Shown here one piece after another: positions 1 to 7,694 of a stretch of DNA of 32,000 bases. The stretch is taken from positions 1,627,436-1,659,435 of the forward strand of contig NC_003902.1 in NCBI RefSeq assembly GCF_000007145.1. The letters are read 5' to 3'. The notes beneath the pieces were generated by a model. The model worked only from the letters and a program-made list of their open reading frames with translations, did no database searches and had not been told where the DNA came from. The position numbers were made by a program, and so were the translations under genes. This stretch comes from Xanthomonas campestris pv. campestris str. ATCC 33913. Lineage in GTDB: Bacteria > Pseudomonadota > Gammaproteobacteria > Xanthomonadales > Xanthomonadaceae. The number at the start of each line of letters is the position of its first letter. The first letter of the stretch is position 1.

Positions 1-503
1 AGGTGCAGGTGCTCGATCGGCGCCTGGCACAGCTCGTCCAGCAGGACCGCCGCCAGGCGCTGCCGGGCCGGATCCACGGGTTCGGCCAGCATCGCGCTCA
101 GCGGCCAGCTGGCCGCCCGCATGATCACCTCGCGGGCCAGCCCGCTCAGGCGGATCACCCCGCTGCGCGCCGGCAGGCCGCTGCAGGCATCCGGCCGCAC
201 CACCACGCCCCAGCCACGCAGCGGCCCGGCCAGCTCCACGGTGTGCTGCTGGCCGGGCGGCATCCAGCCGGCACAGCCGGGCGGCAGCGAGGAGGTGCCG
301 TGTTCGGTGTGCACGGTCAAGACGCCCTGTTCGACATACATCAGCTGGCCGCGCACATGCGCATGCCAGGCGGTCTCCGGCGCCCACACCGCGCGCAGGT
401 CGGCGCGGAAGGCGACCACCACCGGGCCATCCGCCCATTCGAAGCTGGCCCGCGCGCCAGGCGGCAGCGCATCGATCTCGGTTGGCCGGTTTTCGTTATT
501 CAT
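1..503 (-). CDS. AraC-type transcriptional regulator, N-terminal cupin sensor portion (partial; the 3' end of the gene lies beyond the left edge)
   Basis: The reverse-strand frame starts at ATG (plus-strand CAT 501-503) and stays open to the window edge. It is absent from the ORF track because it has no stop in the window. Translation: MNNENRPTEIDALPPGARASFEWADGPVVVAFRADLRAVWAPETAWHAHVRGQLMYVEQGVLTVHTEHGTSSLPPGCAGWMPPGQQHTVELAGPLRGWGVVV...LDELCQAPIEHLHL. This is a cupin-like core followed by the linker typical of cupin-AraC regulators. The HTH itself is outside the window, so the AraC call is inferred. Confidence 0.55.
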   Translation of the reverse strand, partial: MNNENRPTEIDALPPGARASFEWADGPVVVAFRADLRAVWAPETAWHAHVRGQLMYVEQGVLTVHTEHGTSSLPPGCAGWMPPGQQHTVELAGPLRGWGVVVRPDACSGLPARSGVIRLSGLAREVIMRAASWPLSAMLAEPVDPARQRLAAVLLDELCQAPIEHLH

Positions 504-582
504 TGGCCAGATTGTATTACCGGGCCAGCTGGCGGGGCGCGTATCGTCCTCGATCCTTGCAATTGGCTTTATCCCGGATGAC

Positions 583-602
583 ATATTTGCGTTGACAAAT
601 AT
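583..602. promoter_or_regulatory. Perfect inverted repeat ATATTTG-N6-CAAATAT overlapping a TTGACA hexamer; candidate MarR operator in the divergent promoter region
   Basis: ATATTTG (583-589) is the exact reverse complement of CAAATAT (596-602). TTGACA at 592-597 sits inside the repeat. The site is in the only AT-rich patch of the 121-nt gap between the divergent regulator genes, 23 nt upstream of the MarR ATG. Confidence 0.45.
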
Positions 603-624
603 ATTTTTCGGAACAAAATAACCC

Positions 625-1068
625 ATGATCGACTCCACAGCCACAACGCCGCCGACCTTCGGCTTGCTGTTGCGCCAGGTGCGCGACGCGCTGATGCGCC
701 AGCTTGATGCCGAAATGAAGGGCGAGCTGCCCGACTTCGGCTTCAGCCATTACGTGGGCCTGAAGGTGCTGGCAGTGCGCTCGCCGTGTACCGCCAACGA
801 GCTCGCCCAGGCGCTGGACCAGACCCCGAGCGCGGTCACGCGCCTGCTCGACAAGCTCGAGGCGCTGGGCGCAGTGCGGCGCGAGCCACATGCGCAGGAT
901 CGCCGCGCGCTGCAGATCGTCATGACCGAACAGGGCGTAGCGCTGTGGGAGCGCCTGCGGCTGCGCGGCGAACGCGCCATGGAGCATGGCCTGCGCGACC
1001 TGTCGGCGCCTGAGCGCGAGCAACTCACCTCTCTTCTCATCCGTGTCCGCGATGCACTCAACTCATGA
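625..1068 (+). CDS. MarR-family transcriptional regulator (EmrR-like, first gene of the efflux operon)
   Basis: 147-aa ORF with a winged-helix MarR core (ANELAQALDQTPSAVTRLLDKLEALGAVRREPHAQDRRALQIVMTEQG). Its stop overlaps the next start codon (ATGA at 1065-1068). Confidence 0.9.
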   Translation: MIDSTATTPPTFGLLLRQVRDALMRQLDAEMKGELPDFGFSHYVGLKVLAVRSPCTANELAQALDQTPSAVTRLLDKLEALGAVRREPHAQDRRALQIVMTEQGVALWERLRLRGERAMEHGLRDLSAPEREQLTSLLIRVRDALNS

Positions 1069-2579
1069 ACGCTGCTAGTTCCTTCCTTCAGAGGCGGCAC
1101 CCGCGCGCAGTGCGCAGGCTGCGGCCGATCCTTGTGACCACGCTGGCACTGGCGCTGGCCGCCTGTGCCAGCAGCCGCGGCCTGGCGCCGCAAGGCACCG
1201 TGCTGGAGCCCGGCGCCGTGCATGCCGAGCGCACCTTCGGGCAGGCGCAGCTGAGCCCGGCCGCCTGGCCGGCCAGTGACTGGTGGCGCGCTTTGGGCGA
1301 CCCGCAGCTGGACGCGCTGATCGCCGAAGGCCTGCAGCACAGCCCCAGCCTGGCCGCTGCCGATGCACGGCTGCGCCAGGCGCAGGCGCGCACCGGCACT
1401 GCCCAGGCCGATCGCGGCCCCAGCCTGTCGGTTTCCGGCGGCTACGCCGGCTGGCAATTGCCCGAATCGATGGTGGGCGAGGAGCGCGGCGGCAGCTATG
1501 CCGGCAGCGCGCAGGTGGTGCTGGACTTCCGCTATGGCGTGGACCTGTGGGGCGGCAAGCGCGCCGCGTGGGAAGCAGCCGTGGACCAGGCGCATGCCGC
1601 CGAGGTGGACGCGCAGGCGGCACGCCTCAACCTGTCGGCGGCCATCGCCGAAGGCTACGCACAGCTCGCCTACGCCTGGGATCTGCAGGACGTGGCCAAC
1701 GATGAGCTGGCACGTGCGCAGAAAACCCTGGAGTTGACCCAGCGCCGCCGCGGCGCCGGCATCGACAGCGAATTGCAGGTGCGTCAGGCGCAGGCCCGCG
1801 TGCCCGCCGCGCAGCAGCAGGTGCAATCGGCGCAGCAGCAGATCGACGAAGCACGCAATGCCCTGGCCGCGCTGGTCGGGCAGGGCCCGGACCGCGGGCT
1901 GGACATCGCGCGCCCGGTGCTGAGCCAGAGCCTGCCACCGCAACTGCCCAGCGCCTTGCCAGCGGATCTGCTCGGCCGTCGCCCCGATGTGGTGGCGGCG
2001 CGCTGGCGCGTGGAAGCGGCTGACAAGGACATTGCCGTCGCCAAGGCGCGCTTCTATCCCAGCCTCAACCTCACCGCGCTGGGCGGGGTGATCAACTCCG
2101 ATGTCGGCAAGCTGCTGGAAAGCGGCTCGGTCCTCGGTGTGGTGGCCCCGGCCTTGAGCCTGCCCATCTTCGATGGCGGCCGGCTCAAGGCCGGCTTGGC
2201 CGGCAGCGATGCGCAGTACGACCTGGCGGTGGCCGATTACAACCAGAAGGTGCTCGACGCCCTGCGTGAAGTGGCCGACCAGGTCAACGCGGTGCGCTCG
2301 CTGGAGCAGCGTGCACGCGCACAGAACGACGCCGTGCAGACCGCCAGCGCCGCCTTTGGCCTGGCCCAGCAGCGCTACCGCGCCGGCATCGGCAGCTATC
2401 TGGAAGTGCTGAGCGTGCAGGAGCAATTGCTCACCGCGCGCCAGCGCATGGCCGGGCTGCACTCCCAACAACTCATGGCCTCGGTGAAGTTGCGCCGTGC
2501 GCTGGGCGGCGGCTTTACGCCGGAACCCGCGCGCGACACCGCACACACCGCGACCTCTTCCGCACAACCGCATTCCTGA
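1065..2579 (+). CDS. Outer-membrane efflux lipoprotein, NodT/OprM family (outer-membrane factor of a tripartite pump)
   Basis: 504-aa ORF with a signal peptide and lipobox (LALALAAC). It shows the two-repeat OMF architecture with typical segments (FYPSLNLTA..., LPIFDGGRL..., AQQRYRAGIGSYLEVL). It is translationally coupled to the MarR gene. Confidence 0.9.
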   Translation: MNAASSFLQRRHPRAVRRLRPILVTTLALALAACASSRGLAPQGTVLEPGAVHAERTFGQAQLSPAAWPASDWWRALGDPQLDALIAEGLQHSPSLAAADARLRQAQARTGTAQADRGPSLSVSGGYAGWQLPESMVGEERGGSYAGSAQVVLDFRYGVDLWGGKRAAWEAAVDQAHAAEVDAQAARLNLSAAIAEGYAQLAYAWDLQDVANDELARAQKTLELTQRRRGAGIDSELQVRQAQARVPAAQQQVQSAQQQIDEARNALAALVGQGPDRGLDIARPVLSQSLPPQLPSALPADLLGRRPDVVAARWRVEAADKDIAVAKARFYPSLNLTALGGVINSDVGKLLESGSVLGVVAPALSLPIFDGGRLKAGLAGSDAQYDLAVADYNQKVLDALREVADQVNAVRSLEQRARAQNDAVQTASAAFGLAQQRYRAGIGSYLEVLSVQEQLLTARQRMAGLHSQQLMASVKLRRALGGGFTPEPARDTAHTATSSAQPHS

Positions 2580-2589
2580 GACATCGACG

Positions 2590-3783
2590 ATGAGCCAGAC
2601 GACTCCTACCTCTTCGCATCCCGCGCCGGCCGCACCGAGCAAGCGCCGTACACTGCTGCGCATCGTCGCCATCCTGGTGATCCTTGCGGTCATCGGCCTG
2701 GTGGTGTGGTACTTCCTGATCGGGCGCTGGGCTGAAGACACCGACGACGCCTACGTGCAGGGCAACCAGGTGCAGATCACCCCGATGGTGGGTGGCACCG
2801 TGGTGAGCATCGGCGCCGAAGACGGCATGCGTGTGGAGCGCGGCCAGCTGCTGGTGCAGCTGGACCCGTCCGACACCGCGGTCGCCTTGCAGCAGGCCGA
2901 AGCCAACCTCGCCAAGACCGTGCGCCAGGTGCGTGGTCTGTACCGCAGCGTGGAAGGTGCGCAGGCCGAGCTCTCCGCACGCGAAGTGACATTGCGCAGC
3001 GCACGTGCCGACTTCGCACGCCGCAAGGACCTTGCTGCAAGCGGCGCGATTTCCAACGAAGAACTGGCCCATGCGCGCGATGAACTCGCTGCCGCCGAAG
3101 CGGCGGTGAGCGGCTCGCGCGAAAGCTTCGAGCGCAATCGCGCGTTGATCGACGATACCGAAGTGGCCACCCAGCCCGACGTGCAGGCCGCCGCGGCGCA
3201 GTTGCGCCAGGCCTTCCTCAACCATGCGCGTACCGGCGTGGTAGCACCGGTGTCCGGATATGTCGCGCGGCGTTCGGCGCAGGTAGGCCAGCGGGTGCAG
3301 CCTGGCACCGTGCTGATGGCGGTGGTGCCGCCGGAGCAGATGTGGGTGGAAGCCAATTTCAAGGAAACCCAGCTCAAGCACATGCGTCTGGGCCAGACCG
3401 TGGAACTGCATTCGGATCTGTACGGCGGTGGCGTGGATTACACCGGCCGGATCGAAAGCCTGGGCCTGGGCACCGGCAGCGCGTTCTCGTTGTTGCCGGC
3501 GCAGAACGCCAGCGGCAACTGGATCAAGATCGTGCAGCGCGTGCCGGTGCGTATCGCCATCGAACCCAAGCAACTGGCGGCCAACCCGCTGCGTCTGGGG
3601 TTGTCGATGAAGGCCGACGTCAACCTGCGCGACCAGCAGGGCAGCGTGCTGCCGACCAAGTTTGCCAGCGGCGCGGTGTTCTCCACCGATGTCTACGCGC
3701 AGCAGCTCAAGGCCGCCGACGCCGACATCCATCGCATCATCCAGGACAACCTGCCGACGCAGGCTGCCACCAAGGCGGGCTAA
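2590..3783 (+). CDS. emrA: HlyD/EmrA-family membrane fusion protein
   Basis: This is the frame of track ORF 2497..3783. I place the start at ATG 2590 (MSQTTPTSS...), 11 nt after the upstream stop. There is a single N-terminal TM helix (LLRIVAILVILAVIGLVVWYFLI) followed by EmrA-like sequence (DDAYVQGNQVQITPMVGGTV...VEANFKETQL...WIKIVQRVPVRI). Confidence 0.9.
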   Translation: MSQTTPTSSHPAPAAPSKRRTLLRIVAILVILAVIGLVVWYFLIGRWAEDTDDAYVQGNQVQITPMVGGTVVSIGAEDGMRVERGQLLVQLDPSDTAVALQQAEANLAKTVRQVRGLYRSVEGAQAELSAREVTLRSARADFARRKDLAASGAISNEELAHARDELAAAEAAVSGSRESFERNRALIDDTEVATQPDVQAAAAQLRQAFLNHARTGVVAPVSGYVARRSAQVGQRVQPGTVLMAVVPPEQMWVEANFKETQLKHMRLGQTVELHSDLYGGGVDYTGRIESLGLGTGSAFSLLPAQNASGNWIKIVQRVPVRIAIEPKQLAANPLRLGLSMKADVNLRDQQGSVLPTKFASGAVFSTDVYAQQLKAADADIHRIIQDNLPTQAATKAG

Positions 3784-3789
3784 GCCACC

Positions 3790-5370
3790 ATGTCTTCGCA
3801 AGCTCCCACCGCGCCCGGTGGCCCTTCGGCACCGGCGCCCGCCGCGGGCTTTCGCCCGGCGAGCGTGGCGCTGTGCACCGTAGGCCTGGCGATGGCCTCG
3901 TTCATGCAGGTGCTGGACACCACCATCGCCAACGTCTCGTTGCCGACCATCGCCGGCAATCTCGGCGCCAGTTCGCAGCAGGCCACCTGGGTCATCACCT
4001 CGTTCGCGGTGAGCACCGCGATCGCGTTGCCGCTGACCGGCTGGCTGAGCCGTCGCTTCGGCGAAACCAAGCTGTTCGTGTGGTCCACGCTGGCCTTCAC
4101 CATCGCCTCGCTGCTGTGTGGCCTCGCCCAGAGCATGGGCATGCTGGTGGTGGCGCGCGCGCTGCAGGGCTTCGTGGCCGGGCCGATGTACCCGATCACG
4201 CAGAGTCTGCTGGTGTCGATCTATCCGCGCGAAAAACGCGGGCAGGCGCTGGCCTTGCTGGCCATGATCACGGTGGTGGCGCCGATCGCCGGCCCGATCC
4301 TGGGCGGCTGGATCACCGACAACTACAGCTGGGAATGGATCTTCTTGATCAACGTGCCGCTGGGCATCATCGCCAGCAGCATCGTCGGTTCGCAGTTGCG
4401 GCATCGCCCGGAACAGCTGGAACGGCCGCGCATGGATTACATCGGCCTGATCCTGCTGGTGGTCGGCGTGGGCGCGCTGCAGCTGGTGCTGGACCTGGGC
4501 AACGACGAAGACTGGTTTTCTTCCGACAAGATCGTGGTGCTGGCCTGTGTCGCGGCCGTGGCGCTGGTGGTGTTCGTGATCTGGGAGCTCACCGACAAGG
4601 ACCCCATCGTCGACCTCAAGCTGTTCCGGCACCGCAACTTCCGCGCCGGCACGCTCGCCATGGTGGTGGCTTACGCGGCGTTCTTCAGCGTCAGTCTGCT
4701 GATCCCGCAGTGGTTGCAGCGCGACATGGGCTACACCGCGATCTGGGCGGGCCTGGCCACCGCACCGATCGGCATCCTGCCGGTGTTGATGACGCCGTTC
4801 GTGGGCAAGTACGCGTTGCGTTTCGATCTGCGCATGCTCGCCACCATTGCCTTCATCTTCATGTCGTTCACCAGCTTCTTCCGTTCCAACTTCAACCTGC
4901 AGGTGGACTTCGCGCACGTGGCGACGATCCAGCTGGTGATGGGCGTGGGCGTGGCCTTGTTCTTCATGCCGGTGCTGCAGATCCTGCTCTCGGATCTGGA
5001 TGGGCGCGAGATCGCGGCCGGCTCCGGCCTGGCCACGTTCCTGCGCACATTGGGCGGCAGTTTTGCTGCATCGCTGACCACGTATCTGTGGGCGCGCCGC
5101 ACCCAGGTGCACCATGCGCACATCACCGAACACATCTCGGTGTACACGCCCGGCATGCAGGAGCAGGTCACCGCAATGGGGCAGGGCGACCTGCAACGCG
5201 GCGCGGCCTCGCTCAACAACATGATCAATCACCAGGCCTCGCAGATGGGCTTCAACGACATCTTCTATCTGCTCGGCTGGACCTTCTTGGGCATCATCTT
5301 CTTCCTGTGGCTGGCCAAGCCACCGTTCGGCGCCGGTGCCGGCGGCGCAGCGGCGGCCGGGGGGCACTGA
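3790..5370 (+). CDS. emrB: MFS drug efflux permease, DHA2 (EmrB/QacA, 14-TMS) family
   Basis: 526-aa ORF starting 7 nt after the emrA stop. It is highly hydrophobic with EmrB-type N-terminal motifs (FMQVLDTTIANVSLPTIAGNLGAS...WVITSFAV...LTGWLSRRFG). Confidence 0.9.
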   Translation: MSSQAPTAPGGPSAPAPAAGFRPASVALCTVGLAMASFMQVLDTTIANVSLPTIAGNLGASSQQATWVITSFAVSTAIALPLTGWLSRRFGETKLFVWSTLAFTIASLLCGLAQSMGMLVVARALQGFVAGPMYPITQSLLVSIYPREKRGQALALLAMITVVAPIAGPILGGWITDNYSWEWIFLINVPLGIIASSIVGSQLRHRPEQLERPRMDYIGLILLVVGVGALQLVLDLGNDEDWFSSDKIVVLACVAAVALVVFVIWELTDKDPIVDLKLFRHRNFRAGTLAMVVAYAAFFSVSLLIPQWLQRDMGYTAIWAGLATAPIGILPVLMTPFVGKYALRFDLRMLATIAFIFMSFTSFFRSNFNLQVDFAHVATIQLVMGVGVALFFMPVLQILLSDLDGREIAAGSGLATFLRTLGGSFAASLTTYLWARRTQVHHAHITEHISVYTPGMQEQVTAMGQGDLQRGAASLNNMINHQASQMGFNDIFYLLGWTFLGIIFFLWLAKPPFGAGAGGAAAAGGH

Positions 5371-5389
5371 GCGCAGCTGATAGCGCGCA

Positions 5390-6292
5390 TCAGTTGTGGT
5401 GTGCCTGCTGCACTTCGATCGCGGTGCCGGCAGGTGCATCCGCGGTGTAAGGTGCCGTTGTGGCCGCTTCGGCGGCCTTGGCTGAGGTGTCCTCATGCAA
5501 CAGCGTCAGCATCTGCAGCGGCTTGCCTTGATAGCGGTACTGCAGCGCGTCCTGTAGACGACGCAGTGATTGCACCTGAGTGCAGAGTGCATTGGCCTTG
5601 ACGTCGATCGTGGCCGCTCGCGCGTCGAGCTTGGCATCCCGCTGGCCATCCATCGCTTGGGCACGTTGGTCGATCCCATCCGCACGCCCCGTCATGATCT
5701 GCCACATCAGGTGCCGCCCGATGCTGCCTTTGAATGCCTCGGCTTCCTGCTCGACGTAGCGCTCGAAGTTGCCATCGAAGGCCTGTTGGTCCCAGCGCCC
5801 CTTGCCGAGCGTGTCATCGACGTAGACGCTAGCGCGCTTGCGCAGGCGTTCGATTTTGCGGGCGTTGAGCCAACTACCGGTCATGACCTCGACCACACCC
5901 CCGAGCGCGTCGTAGCTAAGGTCGATCACGTCATGCGCAATCGCTGCGACCTGTGGCATCAACTGGCGTGCTTGCGTTTCCATCGCCTGCAGCCGCTGCG
6001 CATCGTCCGCGCTGATCTGTTGCAACTGGTGGTCGACACTCAGTTCGCCTGCATGGAAGAAGATCTCGCGCGGCAGTCCGTCTGCGCGATACAGCCAGAT
6101 GCCGCCGCTGTCGGCGAGCACATTGAATGGCGTACTGAGGCTGCAGCGCGAAGACGAGAGCTGCACGCGATGGCCGTGCCCACCCGCGCTAGCGTCGTCG
6201 TCCTGGCCGCGAGCGTGGACGCTGGAAGCTATAAGCAAGAGAACGAGCGCAAAGGAGCTTCGCATCGACGGGGCCATGCGCGGTGGTGTCAT
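5390..6292 (-). CDS. Secreted protein of unknown function (possibly DUF2884/YggN-like)
   Basis: 300-aa ORF convergent with emrB. It has a signal peptide (MRSSFALVLLLIASSVHA; alternative starts at Met6/Met10, i.e. 6277 or 6265) and a hydrophilic, helix-prone mature part. It uses many A/T-ending codons (ACA CCA CGA TTT GTT CTT ATA GCT within the first 22 codons), which is atypical for this window. The DUF2884 assignment is from memory of the family layout only. Confidence 0.7.
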   Translation of the reverse strand: MTPPRMAPSMRSSFALVLLLIASSVHARGQDDDASAGGHGHRVQLSSSRCSLSTPFNVLADSGGIWLYRADGLPREIFFHAGELSVDHQLQQISADDAQRLQAMETQARQLMPQVAAIAHDVIDLSYDALGGVVEVMTGSWLNARKIERLRKRASVYVDDTLGKGRWDQQAFDGNFERYVEQEAEAFKGSIGRHLMWQIMTGRADGIDQRAQAMDGQRDAKLDARAATIDVKANALCTQVQSLRRLQDALQYRYQGKPLQMLTLLHEDTSAKAAEAATTAPYTADAPAGTAIEVQQAHHN

Positions 6293-6595
6293 GTCACATG
6301 GTCCGCTTCGTTGCCATGCACGGTCGCGTGTCGAAAGTCACTGCGCAGGATCTGCATTCGCTCCGAGATGCGCGGTCATGTGTGAGGACATCCATGAAGC
6401 TTGGTTGCCTCTCGATCGTCGTGTTGACGCCTTTTAGTGAATTACCAGCGAGGTCAGTGCGCCGGGCATTGCCGATCGTGCAATCGCGTGCAGTAGCGTG
6501 CGGCGCAGCGACGCGTGCTGAGGTGTTCGAACAATGCAGTGCGTGGCGCATGGCATGGGCATGCTGCCCGTGTTCTCACTCAACAAGGAAGCTTC

Positions 6596-7012
6596 ATGAT
6601 GTTTGGATCTCAGTTGCGCCGCCTGTCTGCGGCCGCTGTACTCGTTCCCTTGCTGTCGCTGGTCGCCGTTGCGCAGACGCAGGCCGCTGCCGCACGCCCG
6701 GAGGTTGCCAAACAGGCCAAGGCCTACAGTTCCAGGGATGGCATCAAGGTATCGACCTTGCGCTATGGCCCGCGCGAGAAGAACCAGGCGCTGGTCCAGG
6801 TGACCGGTGCCGATAGCGAGATCGACGACAAGATCCTGTTGGCCAGCACCGCCGCGACCCAGAAGGACACCCGCTACACGGTGCAACTGCGCGGGCGGCC
6901 GTACGTGCTGCTGATCCTCAATGCCGGAACTGGCGAGTTGTACCTGCCTGGCGCACAGAAGGCTGCACAGGTGGGATACGACGCTGCTGCCTCCGAGCAG
7001 ATCACCGCCTAG
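6596..7012 (+). CDS. Small secreted protein of unknown function
   Basis: This is the frame of track ORF 6515..7012. I prefer ATG 6596 because of the AAGGAAG Shine-Dalgarno-like sequence just upstream and the good signal peptide (MMFGSQLRRLSAAAVLVPLLSLVAVAQTQAAAA). I recognise no family. Confidence 0.7.
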   Translation: MMFGSQLRRLSAAAVLVPLLSLVAVAQTQAAAARPEVAKQAKAYSSRDGIKVSTLRYGPREKNQALVQVTGADSEIDDKILLASTAATQKDTRYTVQLRGRPYVLLILNAGTGELYLPGAQKAAQVGYDAAASEQITA

Positions 7013-7065
7013 CATTACCTGACCGATTATCAGGAACAGGCTGCCGCCAAGTAGGGCGCGTGGTG

Positions 7066-7099
7066 TCGCGACAGGCAATGACGACAGTGCCTGTCGCGA
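7066..7099 (+). terminator. 12-bp perfect hairpin (TCGCGACAGGCA / TGCCTGTCGCGA, 10-nt loop) downstream of the secreted ORF; possible terminator lacking a U-tract
   Basis: Arms at 7066-7077 and 7088-7099 are exact reverse complements. The hairpin lies 54 nt after the stop at 7012. No T-run follows, so the function is uncertain. Confidence 0.3.
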
Positions 7100-7420
7100 T
7101 GTGGCTCATCTGGCGCTAACCACCGTGGAGACTTCTGCGCGGTCTGCGGTCACGTGCAAGCTCCAACGTCGCGGACCAAGTCATCTGCGTCGACGCCAGG
7201 CCATCGCTTGGCGGTGCACAGCCGAACACACCGCTAGCGACTCCGGCTGCACGGCGTGCCATTCGCATCGCCTGTGACGCATCGCGACGACCGTGATTGC
7301 CTAAAAGCACAGCGCCCCGGGTGGTCAGCCACGGACAGCGACAACGCGCGACGCCAAGCAGCGTCAGCCACAGACAGTGGGCACCATCGGCACCGCACAC
7401 ACTGCGATCGCCCAAACGCA

Positions 7421-7447
7421 AAAAACCCCGCCGAAGCGAGGTTTTTT
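7421..7447 (-). terminator. Intrinsic terminator downstream of tRNA-Leu
   Basis: The minus strand reads AAAAAACCTCGCTTCGGCGGGGTTTTT: a GC stem (CCTCGC/GCGGGG with one G-U pair), a TTCG loop, then a T-run, 19 nt after the tRNA 3' end. A-run and T-run flanks make it potentially bidirectional. Confidence 0.7.
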
Positions 7448-7465
7448 ACGATCTACCGTGAGTCG

Positions 7466-7552
7466 TGGTGCCCAGGAGAGGACTCGAACCTCCACGAAGT
7501 TGCCCCCGCTAGCACCTGAAGCTAGTGCGTCTACCAATTCCGCCACCTGGGC
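7466..7552 (-). tRNA. tRNA-Leu (anticodon CAG), 87 nt with long variable arm and encoded CCA
   Basis: Minus strand: GCCCAGGTGGCGGAATTGGTAGACGCACTAGCTTCAGGTGCTAGCGGGGGCAACTTCGTGGAGGTTCGAGTCCTCTCCTGGGCACCA. The acceptor stem is GCCCAGG/CCTGGGC. The anticodon arm is CTAGC-TTCAGGT-GCTAG, giving anticodon CAG. The T-loop is TTCGAGT, and the long variable arm is typical of a class II tRNA. Confidence 0.95.
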
Positions 7553-7566
7553 GACTCAGGGGGCGA

Positions 7567-7595
7567 ATTGTGCAAGCTGGCGGCGCGGCTGTCAA
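7567..7595 (-). promoter_or_regulatory. Sigma-70 type promoter for tRNA-Leu (TTGACA-17 nt-CACAAT)
   Basis: The minus strand reads TTGACA (plus 7590-7595), a 17-nt spacer, then CACAAT (plus 7567-7572). The -10 element ends 14 nt upstream of the mature tRNA 5' end. Confidence 0.6.
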
Positions 7596-7657
7596 CGCAG
7601 TTGCACAAAAAAAGTTGGGCGCGCGCGCGGGTAGATGCGCATGCCCAAACACGCAGT

Positions 7658-7686
7658 GGCGGACGCCGCAGGTGCGTGCGTCCGCC
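7658..7686 (-). terminator. Hairpin after the beta-glucosidase stop (GGCGGACGC / GCGTCCGCC)
   Basis: Perfect 9-bp GC-rich arms at 7658-7666 and 7678-7686, 9 nt downstream of the stop at 7695 on the minus strand. A weak T-rich tract (GTGTTT) follows. Confidence 0.5.
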
Positions 7687-7694
7687 ATGCCGCA

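Noticed and set aside
750-2741. 663-aa minus-strand ORF antisense to the MarR and OMF genes, and similar long shadows (3342..5450 +, 8835..9977 +, 10120..11865 +, 17139..18821 +, 19981..20850 +, 26908..28098 +)
   Set aside because: All are alternative-frame or antisense shadows of confidently assigned genes. They have low-complexity composition and no SD or start context.
5374-5396. Short hairpin CAGCTGAT-N7-ATCAGTTG between emrB and the convergent gene as a bidirectional terminator
   Set aside because: The stem is only 8 bp with a mismatch or wobble, has no U-tracts, and overlaps the stop codon of the minus-strand gene. The evidence is too weak to list as a feature.
2515-5496. 993-aa minus-strand ORF spanning the emrA and emrB region
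   Set aside because: It is antisense to two genes with unmistakable family signatures. Its translation is low-complexity, Arg/His/Gly/Ala/Asp-rich, with no domain I recognise. Long stop-free antisense frames are an expected artefact of high GC3 coding DNA.
7116-7421. 101-aa minus ORF and 87-aa plus ORF (7256..7519) beside or overlapping the tRNA
   Set aside because: No SD and an Arg/Ala/Cys-rich composition. The plus ORF reads through the tRNA gene and its terminator. Coding is unlikely.
5371-7465. Integrative element or prophage remnant at tRNA-Leu
   Set aside because: There is no integrase or excisionase, and no direct repeat of the tRNA 3' end (TGGTGCCCAGGAGAGG...) at either candidate boundary. 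TGGTG-containing sites at 5398 and 7061 diverge immediately. Only the weaker claim of atypical composition is retained.
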